A stretch of DNA of 64,000 nucleotides. It comes from Bacteroidota bacterium. Its GTDB lineage: Bacteria; Bacteroidota; Bacteroidia; NS11-12g; UBA955. The stretch is from NCBI GenBank assembly GCA_027621365.1, contig JAQCBH010000005.1:54658-118657 (forward strand), given 5' to 3'. Under the pieces are notes generated by a model. That model searched no databases. It had not been told where the DNA came from and saw nothing but the letters and a program-made list of their open reading frames with translations. Of the stretch, positions 28,116-38,134 are shown in pieces (within the stretch, counting starts at the first letter, position 1; the number at the start of each line of letters is the position of its first letter). The position numbers were made by a program, and so were the translations under genes.

Positions 28116-28685
28116 TTAACCCGCTTCTGCTTCAACAGAAACCACCTCAGGCACCATGCGCTTGAGCAAGTTTTCAATGCCCGCTTTCAGGGTCATGGTT
28201 GAAGAAGGACAACCGCTGCAGGAACCTTTCATTTCAACAGTGACAATTCCGTCTTTGAAGGATTTGAAATCAATGGCACCGCCATCCATTTCTACGGCGG
28301 GTCGCACGTGATCTTCCAGCAACTGTTTGATTTTGCGCTCAATGGCCGTTTCCTCTTCCGGATTTAATTCTTTTTTGGGAGCCACAATTTCTTTGCCGTC
28401 TTGGATCCACTCGGTGAAGAAATTGCGCAAATCAGGGATCAGGTCGAACCATTCGTAATCGTTGTTCTTGGTGATGCTCACAAAGTTGTTCATGATGAAC
28501 ACGCCGCGAACAAAAGGCATCTCAAACAAAGCCTTGGCCAAGGCGCTGCGATCGGTTTGATCGGCATGGCGAAAATCAGCACTGTCGTTGGGCAACAACA
28601 TCTTGTTGGCCACGAACTTCATGCTCTCAGGGTTGGGTGTAGCTTCGGCGTAAACCGTTACAACATCTTGCAAATCGTTTGACAT
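28116..28685 (-). CDS. NifU/Nfu-type Fe-S cluster scaffold protein.
   Basis: Nfu N-domain plus C-terminal MKGSCSGCPSSTMTLKAGIENLL (CxxC). Confidence 0.8.
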   Translation of the reverse strand: MSNDLQDVVTVYAEATPNPESMKFVANKMLLPNDSADFRHADQTDRSALAKALFEMPFVRGVFIMNNFVSITKNNDYEWFDLIPDLRNFFTEWIQDGKEIVAPKKELNPEEETAIERKIKQLLEDHVRPAVEMDGGAIDFKSFKDGIVTVEMKGSCSGCPSSTMTLKAGIENLLKRMVPEVVSVEAEAG

Positions 28686-28805
28686 GGTGGAATGGTTCTA
28701 CAAAATTACGGCGTTTTTGTTCAGAACTGCGAGTACAGGAAGCGATTAATTGCGCTTTCTTCGACAAGTTTCTGTCGGATTTTCCGACCTTTGGAATTCA
28801 CCAGT

Positions 28806-30161
28806 ATGGCCAAAACGAAAACTGCTTTTTTCTGCCGCAGCTGCGGGTATGAGAGCCCCAAGTGGGTGGGCAAATGCCCAGGATGCGAGTCCTGGAACAG
28901 CTTTGCCGAAGAAATCAAACCCACTCAGCAAGTGCAGGTATGGAAACGCAGCCATGCCAAAACCGTCCAAGCCCGCACCCTGAGCGAAATCGAGACTGAA
29001 AATCAAATTCGCCTCGAATTGCCCGATGCCGAATTGAATTTGGTTTTAGGCGGAGGGCTGGTGCCCGGTGCGGTGATCTTGCTCGGCGGTGAACCCGGCA
29101 TAGGGAAAAGTACCCTGCTGCTTCAAATGGCCTTGACGCTCAAAGCCAATACACTGTACATCAGCGGGGAAGAAAGCGAAACCCAAATCAAAATGCGGGC
29201 GGAACGCTTGGGCGAACTCGACAGCTCCTGCCGAGTCTTGACCGAAACCATGCTAGAAAACATCCTCAAGTGGGTCGATCCTGAGCCCCCTGAGGTGCTG
29301 ATCATAGACTCCATTCAAACCCTGTACAGCGATGCACTGGAGGCCACTCCGGGCAGCATCAGCCAAATTCGCGAATGTACAGGGAGGCTGCTTCAATACG
29401 CCAAAGAAACCGGAATTCCCGTATTCCTGGTAGGCCACATCACCAAAGACGGCAGCATTGCAGGTCCTAAGATTTTGGAACACATGGTTGACACCGTGCT
29501 TCAATTTGAAGGCGACCGTCACCACAACTACCGCATTTTGCGCACCCTGAAAAACCGCTTCGGAAGCACCCATGAATTGGGCATTTACGAGATGAGTGGG
29601 CAGGGTCTTCGGGGGGTTAAAAACCCCTCAGAAATATGGTTGAGCCAGCGAGAGGAAAAACTCAGCGGCGTAGGCATTGCAGCTGTTTTAGAAGGAATTC
29701 GCCCCTTGCTATTGGAAACCCAAGCACTGGTCAGTTCAGCGGTTTATGGAACCCCTCAGCGATCGGCTACGGGGTTTGATCTGCGACGACTGAACATGTT
29801 ATTGGCCGTATTGGAAAAGCGCTGCGGGTTCCGTTTGGGGGCTCAAGACGTTTTCGTGAATCTCGCCGGCGGATTGCGCCTAGAAGACCCCGCGATCGAT
29901 TTGGCCTTGATGGCGGCCATCATGAGCAGTTATCACTCCGAGCCCATACCTGCGGGCTGTGTATTCAGTGCCGAAATCGGATTGTCTGGAGAAGTAAGGG
30001 CTGTTCAACGCGTCGAACAACGAATTGTGGAGGCCGAAAAGTTGGGATTCACGGACATCATCATTTCCAAATACAACAAGTACCAAGCCGATCCAAAATG
30101 GGGCATCAAAGTGCACAGTTTTGGACGAGTGGACGAGGTCTTCTCCTGGCTCTTTGCTTAA
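28806..30161 (+). CDS. radA: DNA repair protein RadA (Sms).
   Basis: N-terminal zinc ribbon CRSCGYESPKWVGKCPGCESWNSF. Walker A GGEPGIGKSTLLLQ. KNRFG motif. Lon-like C-domain. The start was placed at MAKTKTAFF. Confidence 0.9.
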   Translation: MAKTKTAFFCRSCGYESPKWVGKCPGCESWNSFAEEIKPTQQVQVWKRSHAKTVQARTLSEIETENQIRLELPDAELNLVLGGGLVPGAVILLGGEPGIGKSTLLLQMALTLKANTLYISGEESETQIKMRAERLGELDSSCRVLTETMLENILKWVDPEPPEVLIIDSIQTLYSDALEATPGSISQIRECTGRLLQYAKETGIPVFLVGHITKDGSIAGPKILEHMVDTVLQFEGDRHHNYRILRTLKNRFGSTHELGIYEMSGQGLRGVKNPSEIWLSQREEKLSGVGIAAVLEGIRPLLLETQALVSSAVYGTPQRSATGFDLRRLNMLLAVLEKRCGFRLGAQDVFVNLAGGLRLEDPAIDLALMAAIMSSYHSEPIPAGCVFSAEIGLSGEVRAVQRVEQRIVEAEKLGFTDIIISKYNKYQADPKWGIKVHSFGRVDEVFSWLFA

Positions 30162-31006
30162 TAACTAGGTGCAGCCATCGTACGTTCGCGCAGAACCGAC
30201 TTGGCCAACAAGACCATTTTCTGAGAATTGGGAATGCGAATGCGTGCTTCTAGAATTTGCTGCGCTGTGGTGCGCTCGATTTTCTCTAGCAACTTCAAAT
30301 AATACACGTAGGCGGTATAAACACCCAATCGGCATCCTACGGGCAGAGCCACAATGCCTTTGTAGGCATGTTCAAAGTCTTTCTTCACCTCTTGAATAAT
30401 GGTCATCTTGTCCATGTCGGTGAAGCAATCGAAATCAACCCCAGGGAAATACACCCTTCCTCTGTCTTCTACATCGCTTTTGATGTCTCGAAGAAAATTG
30501 ACCTTTTGAAAGGCTGCTCCTAAACTCTGAGCGTGAGGCTTCAATCTCTCGTAGGCCTTCTGATCGCCGTTGCAGAAAATGCGCAAACACATCAGACCCA
30601 CCACCTCAGCACTACCGTATATATAAGTATCATAACTGTGACGGTTGTGCTCAGTGGTTCCCAAATCTTCTTCCATGCTTTGAAAAAAGGGCTCTATCAA
30701 TTCATAACCGATGCCGTATTGATTAGCCGCCAATTGGAAGGAGTGCAAAACGGGATTAGTAGAAATGCCATCTTCCAACGCCTGATAGGTCTGTTGCTTC
30801 AATTGAGCCAGCAAGCGTTCCTTGTCATACCCGTGAAAGGTATCGACCACTTCATCGGCCAATCTCACAAAACCATAAGTAGCAAACACCGCCCAGCGGT
30901 ACTCGTTGGCCAATAAGCGAATTCCCAGCGAAAAACTGGTGCTGTAATTCAAAGCGATTCTCTTGGAAATCGCGTGGGAAGTCTGATTAAACAATTGAAT
31001 GCTCAT
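30158..31006 (-). CDS. crtB: Phytoene synthase.
   Basis: Squalene/phytoene synthase family: YGFVRLADEVVD (D-rich motif 1), DLGTTEH…YIYGSAEVVG. Confidence 0.85.
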   Translation of the reverse strand: MSIQLFNQTSHAISKRIALNYSTSFSLGIRLLANEYRWAVFATYGFVRLADEVVDTFHGYDKERLLAQLKQQTYQALEDGISTNPVLHSFQLAANQYGIGYELIEPFFQSMEEDLGTTEHNRHSYDTYIYGSAEVVGLMCLRIFCNGDQKAYERLKPHAQSLGAAFQKVNFLRDIKSDVEDRGRVYFPGVDFDCFTDMDKMTIIQEVKKDFEHAYKGIVALPVGCRLGVYTAYVYYLKLLEKIERTTAQQILEARIRIPNSQKMVLLAKSVLRERTMAAPSY

Positions 31007-32468
31007 CTTGAATGCGTTCTGTTACCAAACGGGAACCAATGACAACAATGGGCAGACCGGTTCCCGGTACGGTCGAAGCCCCGACGTAATAAACATTGTT
31101 CAATTCTTCGTCCTTGTTGGCCGGACGAAAAGCCCCGATTTGGTTCATGCCATGAGCCAAACCCAATCCGCTGCCACGGTAGAGATTGAACATGGAGGCC
31201 CAATCGACGGGCGTATAGATGGTCTTGGACTCGATGTTGGAGGCAATGTCGTACCCCACTCGCTCGCCCAAGTCTTCAATGATGCCTTGGGCCAAGGTCT
31301 CTGCATCGCTCCAATCAGGCTTCACCCTCATGTCCGGAACAGGACAGAGAATGAACAAATTCTCGCAGCCCTCAGGAGCGCAATTCGGATTGCTCTTGCT
31401 GGCTACGTTGACATAGTAATAGGGTTTTTCTGGGGCTACCGATGAACGGAATATCGTATCGGCATAGTCCCTAAAATTGTTGCCCAAGAAATAGTTGTGG
31501 TGATGAATTCCAGGGATTTTGCCCTTGACGCCCAAGTAGATAGTGAAAGGAGCCAAGGTCCAATCCATCACATCCAATTTGGCTTCTGAAAATTTCTTGC
31601 GGCCCAAAAACTGACCTCGGAACGAAGCGGCATCTGCGTTGATGACGTACAAGTCAGCCGTGTGCAGGTTGCCCGCAGCATCGCGAAGTCCGGTCATTTT
31701 TTTACCGGAATACTCAGCGGCTACAATCTCACAGTTGTACTGAAATTGAACCCCGCGAGCCTCCAACAAGGGCAACATACCCTTGACAATGTTGTACATC
31801 CCGCCTTTTACGTTCCAATAACCATCGTATTGAAGTTCGGTGTAGTTCAACAGGTTGTAAACCGAAGGCGTATTGAAAGGAGTCGCTCCCAAGAAAAAGG
31901 CCACCAAGGAGAAAATGATTTTTACTTCCTCGCTTTCGAAATGGCGCTCTAGTTCAGCCCAGAAGCTTCTGAACATCTTGGGCAAGTGCTTGATGGGCAC
32001 CTTGGCCATTCCTAGTAAATAGTGAAGAATGGAATCAAAGTTCTTTTTAACCACTCGGTATTCCGTATCGTGAAAAATCGACTTCGCACCAGCCAAGTAT
32101 CCTCTGGCCTTGGCTTCGAAATCATCTTCAATGCCTTCAAACTCCTTGGCCAACTTGGTCAAGTCCTTGTGCATTTGGAACACCCGATCTTGGCCGGCGA
32201 TGTTCACCGTATACAAGGGGTTCAACTCGTTCAATTCAAAAGGAATGGGTTCCCCGACGCTTTCAAACAACTCCTTGAACTCGTAGCTCATGGAGAAGAA
32301 ACTGGGCCCCACATCAAAGGTGTAGCCATCTTTCTCCAAAATATGCAATCGACCTCCAGCGCGGGATTGCTTTTCAACAATCTTAACTGCATAGCCTTTG
32401 TCACTCAAACGTAGGGCCGTCGATAGGGCACCCAAGCCTGAACCGAGTATCAATACGGACTTAGCCAC
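30987..32468 (-). CDS. crtI: Phytoene desaturase.
   Basis: N-terminal FAD fold VLILGSGLGALSTALRLSDKGYAVKIVEKQSRAGGR. 493 aa. 20-bp overlap with crtB. Confidence 0.9.
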   Translation of the reverse strand: MAKSVLILGSGLGALSTALRLSDKGYAVKIVEKQSRAGGRLHILEKDGYTFDVGPSFFSMSYEFKELFESVGEPIPFELNELNPLYTVNIAGQDRVFQMHKDLTKLAKEFEGIEDDFEAKARGYLAGAKSIFHDTEYRVVKKNFDSILHYLLGMAKVPIKHLPKMFRSFWAELERHFESEEVKIIFSLVAFFLGATPFNTPSVYNLLNYTELQYDGYWNVKGGMYNIVKGMLPLLEARGVQFQYNCEIVAAEYSGKKMTGLRDAAGNLHTADLYVINADAASFRGQFLGRKKFSEAKLDVMDWTLAPFTIYLGVKGKIPGIHHHNYFLGNNFRDYADTIFRSSVAPEKPYYYVNVASKSNPNCAPEGCENLFILCPVPDMRVKPDWSDAETLAQGIIEDLGERVGYDIASNIESKTIYTPVDWASMFNLYRGSGLGLAHGMNQIGAFRPANKDEELNNVYYVGASTVPGTGLPIVVIGSRLVTERIQDEHSIV

Positions 32469-32913
32469 GGAACCTCCTCAAATACTTTTTGGGAACAAAA
32501 AGGAATCCAAAAGCTTCCGCACCCTCTTTGGTATGCACCGCATGGTGCAAATGATGCGTAGCGCGCATGGCTTTGAAATAGCCACCCTTGGCTTTTTTCA
32601 AGGCCGAAATGCGCTGGTGCACAAAAACATCGTGAACCAGAAAATAGGCCACTCCGTACAAGGCGATGCCGAATCCAGCAAACATTCGCCAATCTTGGTC
32701 AGCGGCACCCAAAACAATCAACACCATTGAGGGCAAGGCGAACATAAATCCAAATAGATCATTGCGTTCCAGCACCCCATGACGCGGGTGATGGTGGCTT
32801 TTGTGCCACACCCATAAAAACCCGTGCATGATGTATTTGTGGGAGAACCAAGCAACGCCTTCCATCAAGACAAAGAATCCCAATAAAACGCCAATGTTGA
32901 GTACGGTAGTCAT
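32461..32913 (-). CDS. crtZ: Beta-carotene hydroxylase.
   Basis: His-box motifs HKSHHHPRHG and HHLHHAV. Four TM helices. 150 aa. 8-bp overlap with crtI. Confidence 0.85.
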   Translation of the reverse strand: MTTVLNIGVLLGFFVLMEGVAWFSHKYIMHGFLWVWHKSHHHPRHGVLERNDLFGFMFALPSMVLIVLGAADQDWRMFAGFGIALYGVAYFLVHDVFVHQRISALKKAKGGYFKAMRATHHLHHAVHTKEGAEAFGFLFVPKKYLRRFRG

Positions 32914-33068
32914 TCGAAATAGTAAACCAACAGACAGGCAAATGGTTTGAAATTGTTTACGAATTCTATCAAAAAACTACACAAGCACCGTGCTTTTTGT
33001 TAAACGTTGTTCTCTCAGGTCGAAAAATTCCACTCTTTCGAGCTGCCAATCGGCCGTAAATTGCACTT

Positions 33069-34076
33069 GTGTCTATCTCATCCTTGCAATCTTTTAACAC
33101 CTTTGGACTGGACGTAAAAGCCGAAGAATTGGTCTCGATTGCCAGTACCGATGAGCTAAAAAAATTGCACGAATCCCAAGCTTGGGCCCATCGCGAGCTG
33201 CACATTCTGGGTGGGGGCAGCAACGTTCTTCTCACTCAGGATCTTTCGGGACTCGTGTTGTTGAATCGCATTCACGGCAAAAAGGAAGTATTCCGCGACG
33301 AACAAGTCGTTCACATCGAGTTTGGAGGCGGCGAAATTTGGCACGAGGCCGTAACATGGGCCGTTGATCAGGGTTTTGGAGGCCTGGAAAACATGAGTTT
33401 GATTCCCGGCACGGTGGGAGCTGCTCCCATTCAAAACATAGGCGCCTACGGGGTAGAATTGAAAGACCGCTTTGTCTACCTCGATGCCTTTGATTTGGGC
33501 AGCGGTGAAACCAGGCGTTTCCTGAAAAACGAATGCGAATTCGGCTACCGGGACAGCATTTTCAAAGGATGGGCTAAAGGCCGCTTTTTCATCACCCAGG
33601 TCTGCCTGGAATTGCAGCTCCATCCCGAGGTCAACCTTCGGTACGGAGACATTGCGGGAACATTGGAGCAATGGGGCGTAACCGATCCCAACATTGCCGA
33701 CGTGAGCCGAGCGGTCATTCACATTCGCCAAAGCAAACTACCCGACCCTGCGGTTTTGGGCAACTGCGGATCCTTCTTCAAGAATCCCGTCATCCCTGAA
33801 TCCCAATTCGAAGAACTAAAAACACGGTATCCGGAGGCAAAATCTTTTCCCGCTGGAGAAGGCTATATCAAAGTGCCTGCGGGATGGTTAATCGAACACG
33901 CCGGATGGAAAGGCCGTCGAGCCGGAGCCGTTGGAGTTCACGAAAAACAAGCCTTGGTCTTGGTCAATTACGGTGGAGCAAAGGGCAGCGAGGTATTGCA
34001 GTTGGCGCGAGACATCCAAGCCGATATTTTGGATCGATACGGCATCGCTTTGGAAATGGAAGTCAACGCCTGGTAG
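33069..34076 (+). CDS. murB: UDP-N-acetylenolpyruvoylglucosamine reductase.
   Basis: FAD-binding HILGGGSNVLL. C-terminal MurB domain. 335 aa. Confidence 0.85.
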   Translation: MSISSLQSFNTFGLDVKAEELVSIASTDELKKLHESQAWAHRELHILGGGSNVLLTQDLSGLVLLNRIHGKKEVFRDEQVVHIEFGGGEIWHEAVTWAVDQGFGGLENMSLIPGTVGAAPIQNIGAYGVELKDRFVYLDAFDLGSGETRRFLKNECEFGYRDSIFKGWAKGRFFITQVCLELQLHPEVNLRYGDIAGTLEQWGVTDPNIADVSRAVIHIRQSKLPDPAVLGNCGSFFKNPVIPESQFEELKTRYPEAKSFPAGEGYIKVPAGWLIEHAGWKGRRAGAVGVHEKQALVLVNYGGAKGSEVLQLARDIQADILDRYGIALEMEVNAW

Positions 34077-34109
34077 CCAAGAATCACGCCCAGCCCTTAA
34101 CTTTGGAAC

Positions 34110-36071
34110 ATGGCCTCGCTCCTTTCCGTTTTGCATCGCCGCCTCGCTGCGCTCGGCGTCACCGCCCTTCTGTTCAGCACCGCCTTTTCCCAAACCTATA
34201 AACTAGGCACTCAAAAAGCCGACCGCGACCCCATCCCTGCGATTCAGGTTGAGCATCCCGAAGTGGACATTGTGCGCGATTTGCAAACGCCCTTGTGGCA
34301 TGTGTTTGACCCCCGCTTGGCCCCCGATGCATTTTTGGAACCCCAAGGCAAAGAAGGCGAAATGCCTCTACCCGAAGGCATCAACGAGGAGCTGCGAAAG
34401 AAAATTGACGCCCGCCGAGAAGCCAGCCTTCGCGGCCGCGAACTCTACAACCAAGACCCCACTCCAGCCGCCGACATTGCCCCCGTTGAACTCGAAGGTT
34501 TCGAGACAGGCGGCGGTGGAGGGACTCCCAATGACAACCACGTAGCAGTCGGCAAGGACGGCTCATTTGTGAGCGTCATGAACACCGTGATTCGCGTCTG
34601 GTCACCCGATGGCACTCTGAAAAAAGCATGGACTCTGATCAACTACAGCAAGGTCAACCCCAATGTAGACGATATTCCTACCCTGACTCGCGTTTATGAC
34701 CCACGGGTGATGTACGACCCTGAAGCCGATCGCTGGATGATCGTGTACATGCACGGCACCACCGACGTCAGCAGTTTCATTGTGGTGGGTTTCAGTACCA
34801 GTTCTGACCCTACCCAACCCTGGAACGTTTACAAAATCGACGGCAGCCCTACCGCTGATACTGCTTGGAGCGATTACCCGATCGTTTCTCAGACCTCCAA
34901 AGACTTATTTTTCACGGTCAACCTGTTGCTCAACGGTACTTCTTGGGAAGAAGGATTTCGCGAAGCAGTCATCTGGCAACTCAACAAGGCCGATGGTTAC
35001 GCCGGCAAGCCCCTGAACCAAAACCTGTTCAGAGGCATCAAATACGAGGGTGTGAGCATTTGGAGCATTTGCGCCATTCAGAACGGCCCTCAACCCACAG
35101 GCACTGACAATTATTTCATGAGCGTTCGCCCATACAGCGAACAAAACGACACTGTGTTTTTGCACCGCATCACCAACTCTTGGGAAAGCGGAAAGGCCGA
35201 ATACGAACTGCAGGTCATGCGCAGCGATCTCCCCTACGGATTTCCGCCTTCAGCCCTGCAACCCCAAGACGGCTTCAAACTCAGAACCAACGACGCCCGG
35301 GTGCTATCTGGAGTTCGCATCGGCAACCAGATTCACTACGGTCAAAACTGCATGAACTTCCAAACCCAGCAGGCACACCTCTTGCACGGAGTGATTTACG
35401 GACTGGATGAAACCCCCTTCATTCAAGCTCGACTGGTCACCCACGATAGCTTGGAATTCGGTTATCCTGCCTTCGCGGCCGCTGGAGATTCGGACCAGGA
35501 TCCCTCGGTTGCCATTTCTTTGGTATACAGCAGCCAATGGCACTTTCCCGGTGCTGGATTCTTGTACTGCAACCGCACCGGTGAATACAGCGATTACACC
35601 GTACTTAGAGCCGGAGAATCCATCATCAACTACACCTATATCGCTCCCAATGAACAACGCTGGGGCGATTACGAAGGTCTTCAAATGCAGTACAACAGTC
35701 CCCGCGAGTTTTACTCGGTGGGTTCCTACGGAAAGAAGAACCAAATGCTGGCCTACGTGGCTCGAGTCAATCTGATCGATAAAGTATTGGACCAGCCCGT
35801 TGCCGAGGTGCGTGTTTTCCCCGTTCCCAGTCAAGACCGAAGCCTGCAAATTGAAATCAAAGCCGACAAGCCTGGCCACTACGAGGCTTGGCTTGTGAAT
35901 GCCATTGGCCAAAGTTGGCACAACACCGACATCACCCAAGTTCAATTGGATCTCCCTGCTGGTACTCACCGCTACAAACTCAACACAGAAAACCTTTCAG
36001 CCGGAGTGTACACCCTGCAAATCGAAGGTCCTGAAGGCCCTTTGTACAGCCAAAAAATCGTATTGGAATGA
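34110..36071 (+). CDS. Secreted 653-aa protein of unknown function with a T9SS C-terminal sorting domain.
   Basis: Signal peptide. GGGGG linker. C-terminal ~80 aa (…LSAGVYTLQIEGPEGPLYSQKIVLE) is CTD-like. 4-bp overlap with truB. Confidence 0.7.
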   Translation: MASLLSVLHRRLAALGVTALLFSTAFSQTYKLGTQKADRDPIPAIQVEHPEVDIVRDLQTPLWHVFDPRLAPDAFLEPQGKEGEMPLPEGINEELRKKIDARREASLRGRELYNQDPTPAADIAPVELEGFETGGGGGTPNDNHVAVGKDGSFVSVMNTVIRVWSPDGTLKKAWTLINYSKVNPNVDDIPTLTRVYDPRVMYDPEADRWMIVYMHGTTDVSSFIVVGFSTSSDPTQPWNVYKIDGSPTADTAWSDYPIVSQTSKDLFFTVNLLLNGTSWEEGFREAVIWQLNKADGYAGKPLNQNLFRGIKYEGVSIWSICAIQNGPQPTGTDNYFMSVRPYSEQNDTVFLHRITNSWESGKAEYELQVMRSDLPYGFPPSALQPQDGFKLRTNDARVLSGVRIGNQIHYGQNCMNFQTQQAHLLHGVIYGLDETPFIQARLVTHDSLEFGYPAFAAAGDSDQDPSVAISLVYSSQWHFPGAGFLYCNRTGEYSDYTVLRAGESIINYTYIAPNEQRWGDYEGLQMQYNSPREFYSVGSYGKKNQMLAYVARVNLIDKVLDQPVAEVRVFPVPSQDRSLQIEIKADKPGHYEAWLVNAIGQSWHNTDITQVQLDLPAGTHRYKLNTENLSAGVYTLQIEGPEGPLYSQKIVLE

Positions 36072-36757
36072 GCGACCCAAACGCGGCTCCCCAAGAGGAA
36101 GGGCAAGTTTTCTTGTTCGACAAACCACTGGGATGGACCTCTTTTCAAGCGGTCAAAAAACTCAAATACTTGACCAAGTCCAAAAAGATCGGACATGCCG
36201 GGACCTTGGACCCCTTGGCTACCGGTTTGCTCATCATCTGCAGCGGCAAGAAAACCAAAACCATCGAAGGCATCCAGGCCCAACCCAAAGAATACGAAGC
36301 CACCATTCGACTGGGCGCCAGTACCCCGAGTTACGACTTGGAAACCGAGCCGGAAGAACATTGCGCTTGGGAGCACATCACAAGCTCTGACATCGAGAAA
36401 GCGCTGGAACAATTCAGAGGAGAAATCATGCAGACTCCGCCTTTGTTTTCTGCCATCAAGGTAGATGGAAAGCGGGCTTATGACATGGCGCGAGCGGGCA
36501 GCGACCACCAATTGAAGTCTCGCCCGGTGACCATTTACGCCTTTGATGTATTGGAGCAAGAGGGGCCTGACTTGAAGGTGCGCATTGCATGTTCCAAGGG
36601 TACCTACATTCGGAGCTTGGCCCATGACTTGGGTTTGAGTTTGGGCATTCGCTCACACCTAGCGGCTCTTCGACGCACCAAAATTGGCGATTTCGATGTT
36701 TCCCAAGCCCTGACTCCAGAGGGTTGGCAAGAACTTTTGCGTCCTGAAACTCATTGA
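36068..36757 (+). CDS. truB: tRNA pseudouridine(55) synthase.
   Basis: LFDKPLGWTSFQAVKKLK…GHAGTLDPLATGLL contains the catalytic Asp motif. Confidence 0.85.
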   Translation: MSDPNAAPQEEGQVFLFDKPLGWTSFQAVKKLKYLTKSKKIGHAGTLDPLATGLLIICSGKKTKTIEGIQAQPKEYEATIRLGASTPSYDLETEPEEHCAWEHITSSDIEKALEQFRGEIMQTPPLFSAIKVDGKRAYDMARAGSDHQLKSRPVTIYAFDVLEQEGPDLKVRIACSKGTYIRSLAHDLGLSLGIRSHLAALRRTKIGDFDVSQALTPEGWQELLRPETH

Positions 36758-36827
36758 TTCCCATACGCATTTCAGCGAACGGCTCCTGAACAAAAGTTTG
36801 GGCCGGTATTTGCTATCTTTGACTTCT

Positions 36828-38045
36828 ATGTTGAAAAAGGCCGTTTTAACCCCCATGGGGCTGCTTGCCATCGTGAGTATGGGTTTCTCCAGCTGCGCGG
36901 AACTGAGTGCTGAGTCTATCGAAAGTCAAGCCAAAACTTGGCTCGAAACCTTGACCACTCCCCAAAACAGCACCTTGCAAAAAGTAGAGAATGGGTTTAG
37001 CGTCAGTGGTCAAGTGGCCAACCGACCCAACTCCATGGTGAGTTTGTGGGAAATGACCCCCTCACAATTGGTCTTCATGGATTCGGTTAGAACCGACGCC
37101 ATTGGCAAATTTCAAATCACCGGCCAAACCCAAGATTTTGTGTTTTGCATGGTGCAGGTCGACGATCAGCAGGCCGTATTCCTTGGATTGGAAAAGCAAA
37201 GTCGCGTTCAGGTTCAGATTGACCCTAGCACCCAACCCATGGCCTACACCCTCAAAGGAGATCAGATAGAAGCCAGCCAAGATTTGCAAAAGTTGATCGA
37301 TTTGAACCAAGGCTACATCCGAACCTTGAGTGCCATCGAAAAGGAGGCCCAAACCCTGACCAATGACGAGGCTGGCATGGCGCGCAGCCAAGAATTGCAA
37401 GGCAAATATTACCAAACGCTTGAGTCACGCGAAGCGGCCATCACCGAATTTGCCATGGAGCGCAGCAGTGGGTTTCTCCCCTTTTTCATCATTCAATTTG
37501 GGGTATTGCCAGAACCCTCTTACGAATTGTTTCAGCACGCGGTAAAAGCGGCCAGCAATTACAGCGCAGAGGCAGCCTATACCCAGTTGCTCAAATCTCG
37601 TTTTGAGTCTGAAGCCAAGCTCATGATCGGTGCCGTAGCACCCGACTTGAGCTTCCCCACACCCACGGGTGAATCCCTGTCCTTGAGTTCATTGAGAGGC
37701 CAATACGTCATGCTCGATTTTTGGGCCTCTTGGTGCGGTCCTTGCCGCAAGGAGAACCCGAATGTGGTGCGTTTGTACGCCCAATACCACAGCAAGGGTT
37801 TCGAAATCTTAGGCGTGAGTTTGGACCAAGATCCCAATCGCTGGAAACAAGCCATTGGAGCCGATGGCCTCACTTGGCCGCACATCAGCGATCTCAAAGG
37901 ATGGGGCAGTGAAGCCGCCCAAATCTACCAAGTTCGCAGCATTCCACAGACCTTCCTGTTGGATCCCGAAGGGCGCATCATTGCCAAAGGTTTGCGAGGC
38001 GAAGAACTGGAAAACAAACTGGCCGAATTGCTCGGACAACCCTAG
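36828..38045 (+). CDS. TlpA-like thiol:disulfide oxidoreductase lipoprotein (redoxin domain).
   Basis: Lipobox SSCAE. C-terminal thioredoxin fold LDFWASWCGPCRKENP. The start was placed at MLKKAVL. Confidence 0.8.
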   Translation: MLKKAVLTPMGLLAIVSMGFSSCAELSAESIESQAKTWLETLTTPQNSTLQKVENGFSVSGQVANRPNSMVSLWEMTPSQLVFMDSVRTDAIGKFQITGQTQDFVFCMVQVDDQQAVFLGLEKQSRVQVQIDPSTQPMAYTLKGDQIEASQDLQKLIDLNQGYIRTLSAIEKEAQTLTNDEAGMARSQELQGKYYQTLESREAAITEFAMERSSGFLPFFIIQFGVLPEPSYELFQHAVKAASNYSAEAAYTQLLKSRFESEAKLMIGAVAPDLSFPTPTGESLSLSSLRGQYVMLDFWASWCGPCRKENPNVVRLYAQYHSKGFEILGVSLDQDPNRWKQAIGADGLTWPHISDLKGWGSEAAQIYQVRSIPQTFLLDPEGRIIAKGLRGEELENKLAELLGQP

Positions 38046-38134
38046 TTCTCAGCGAGGCTGTGCCTCAAGATTTAGTGATTCCATAACATAGCGATAACAA
38101 CAGCATGACTTCTTCAGAATTATTTCGCAGTGAT

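Noticed and set aside
33156-33731. 191-aa minus-strand ORF inside murB
   Set aside because: It is antisense to a well-supported murB, and its composition mirrors the sense strand.
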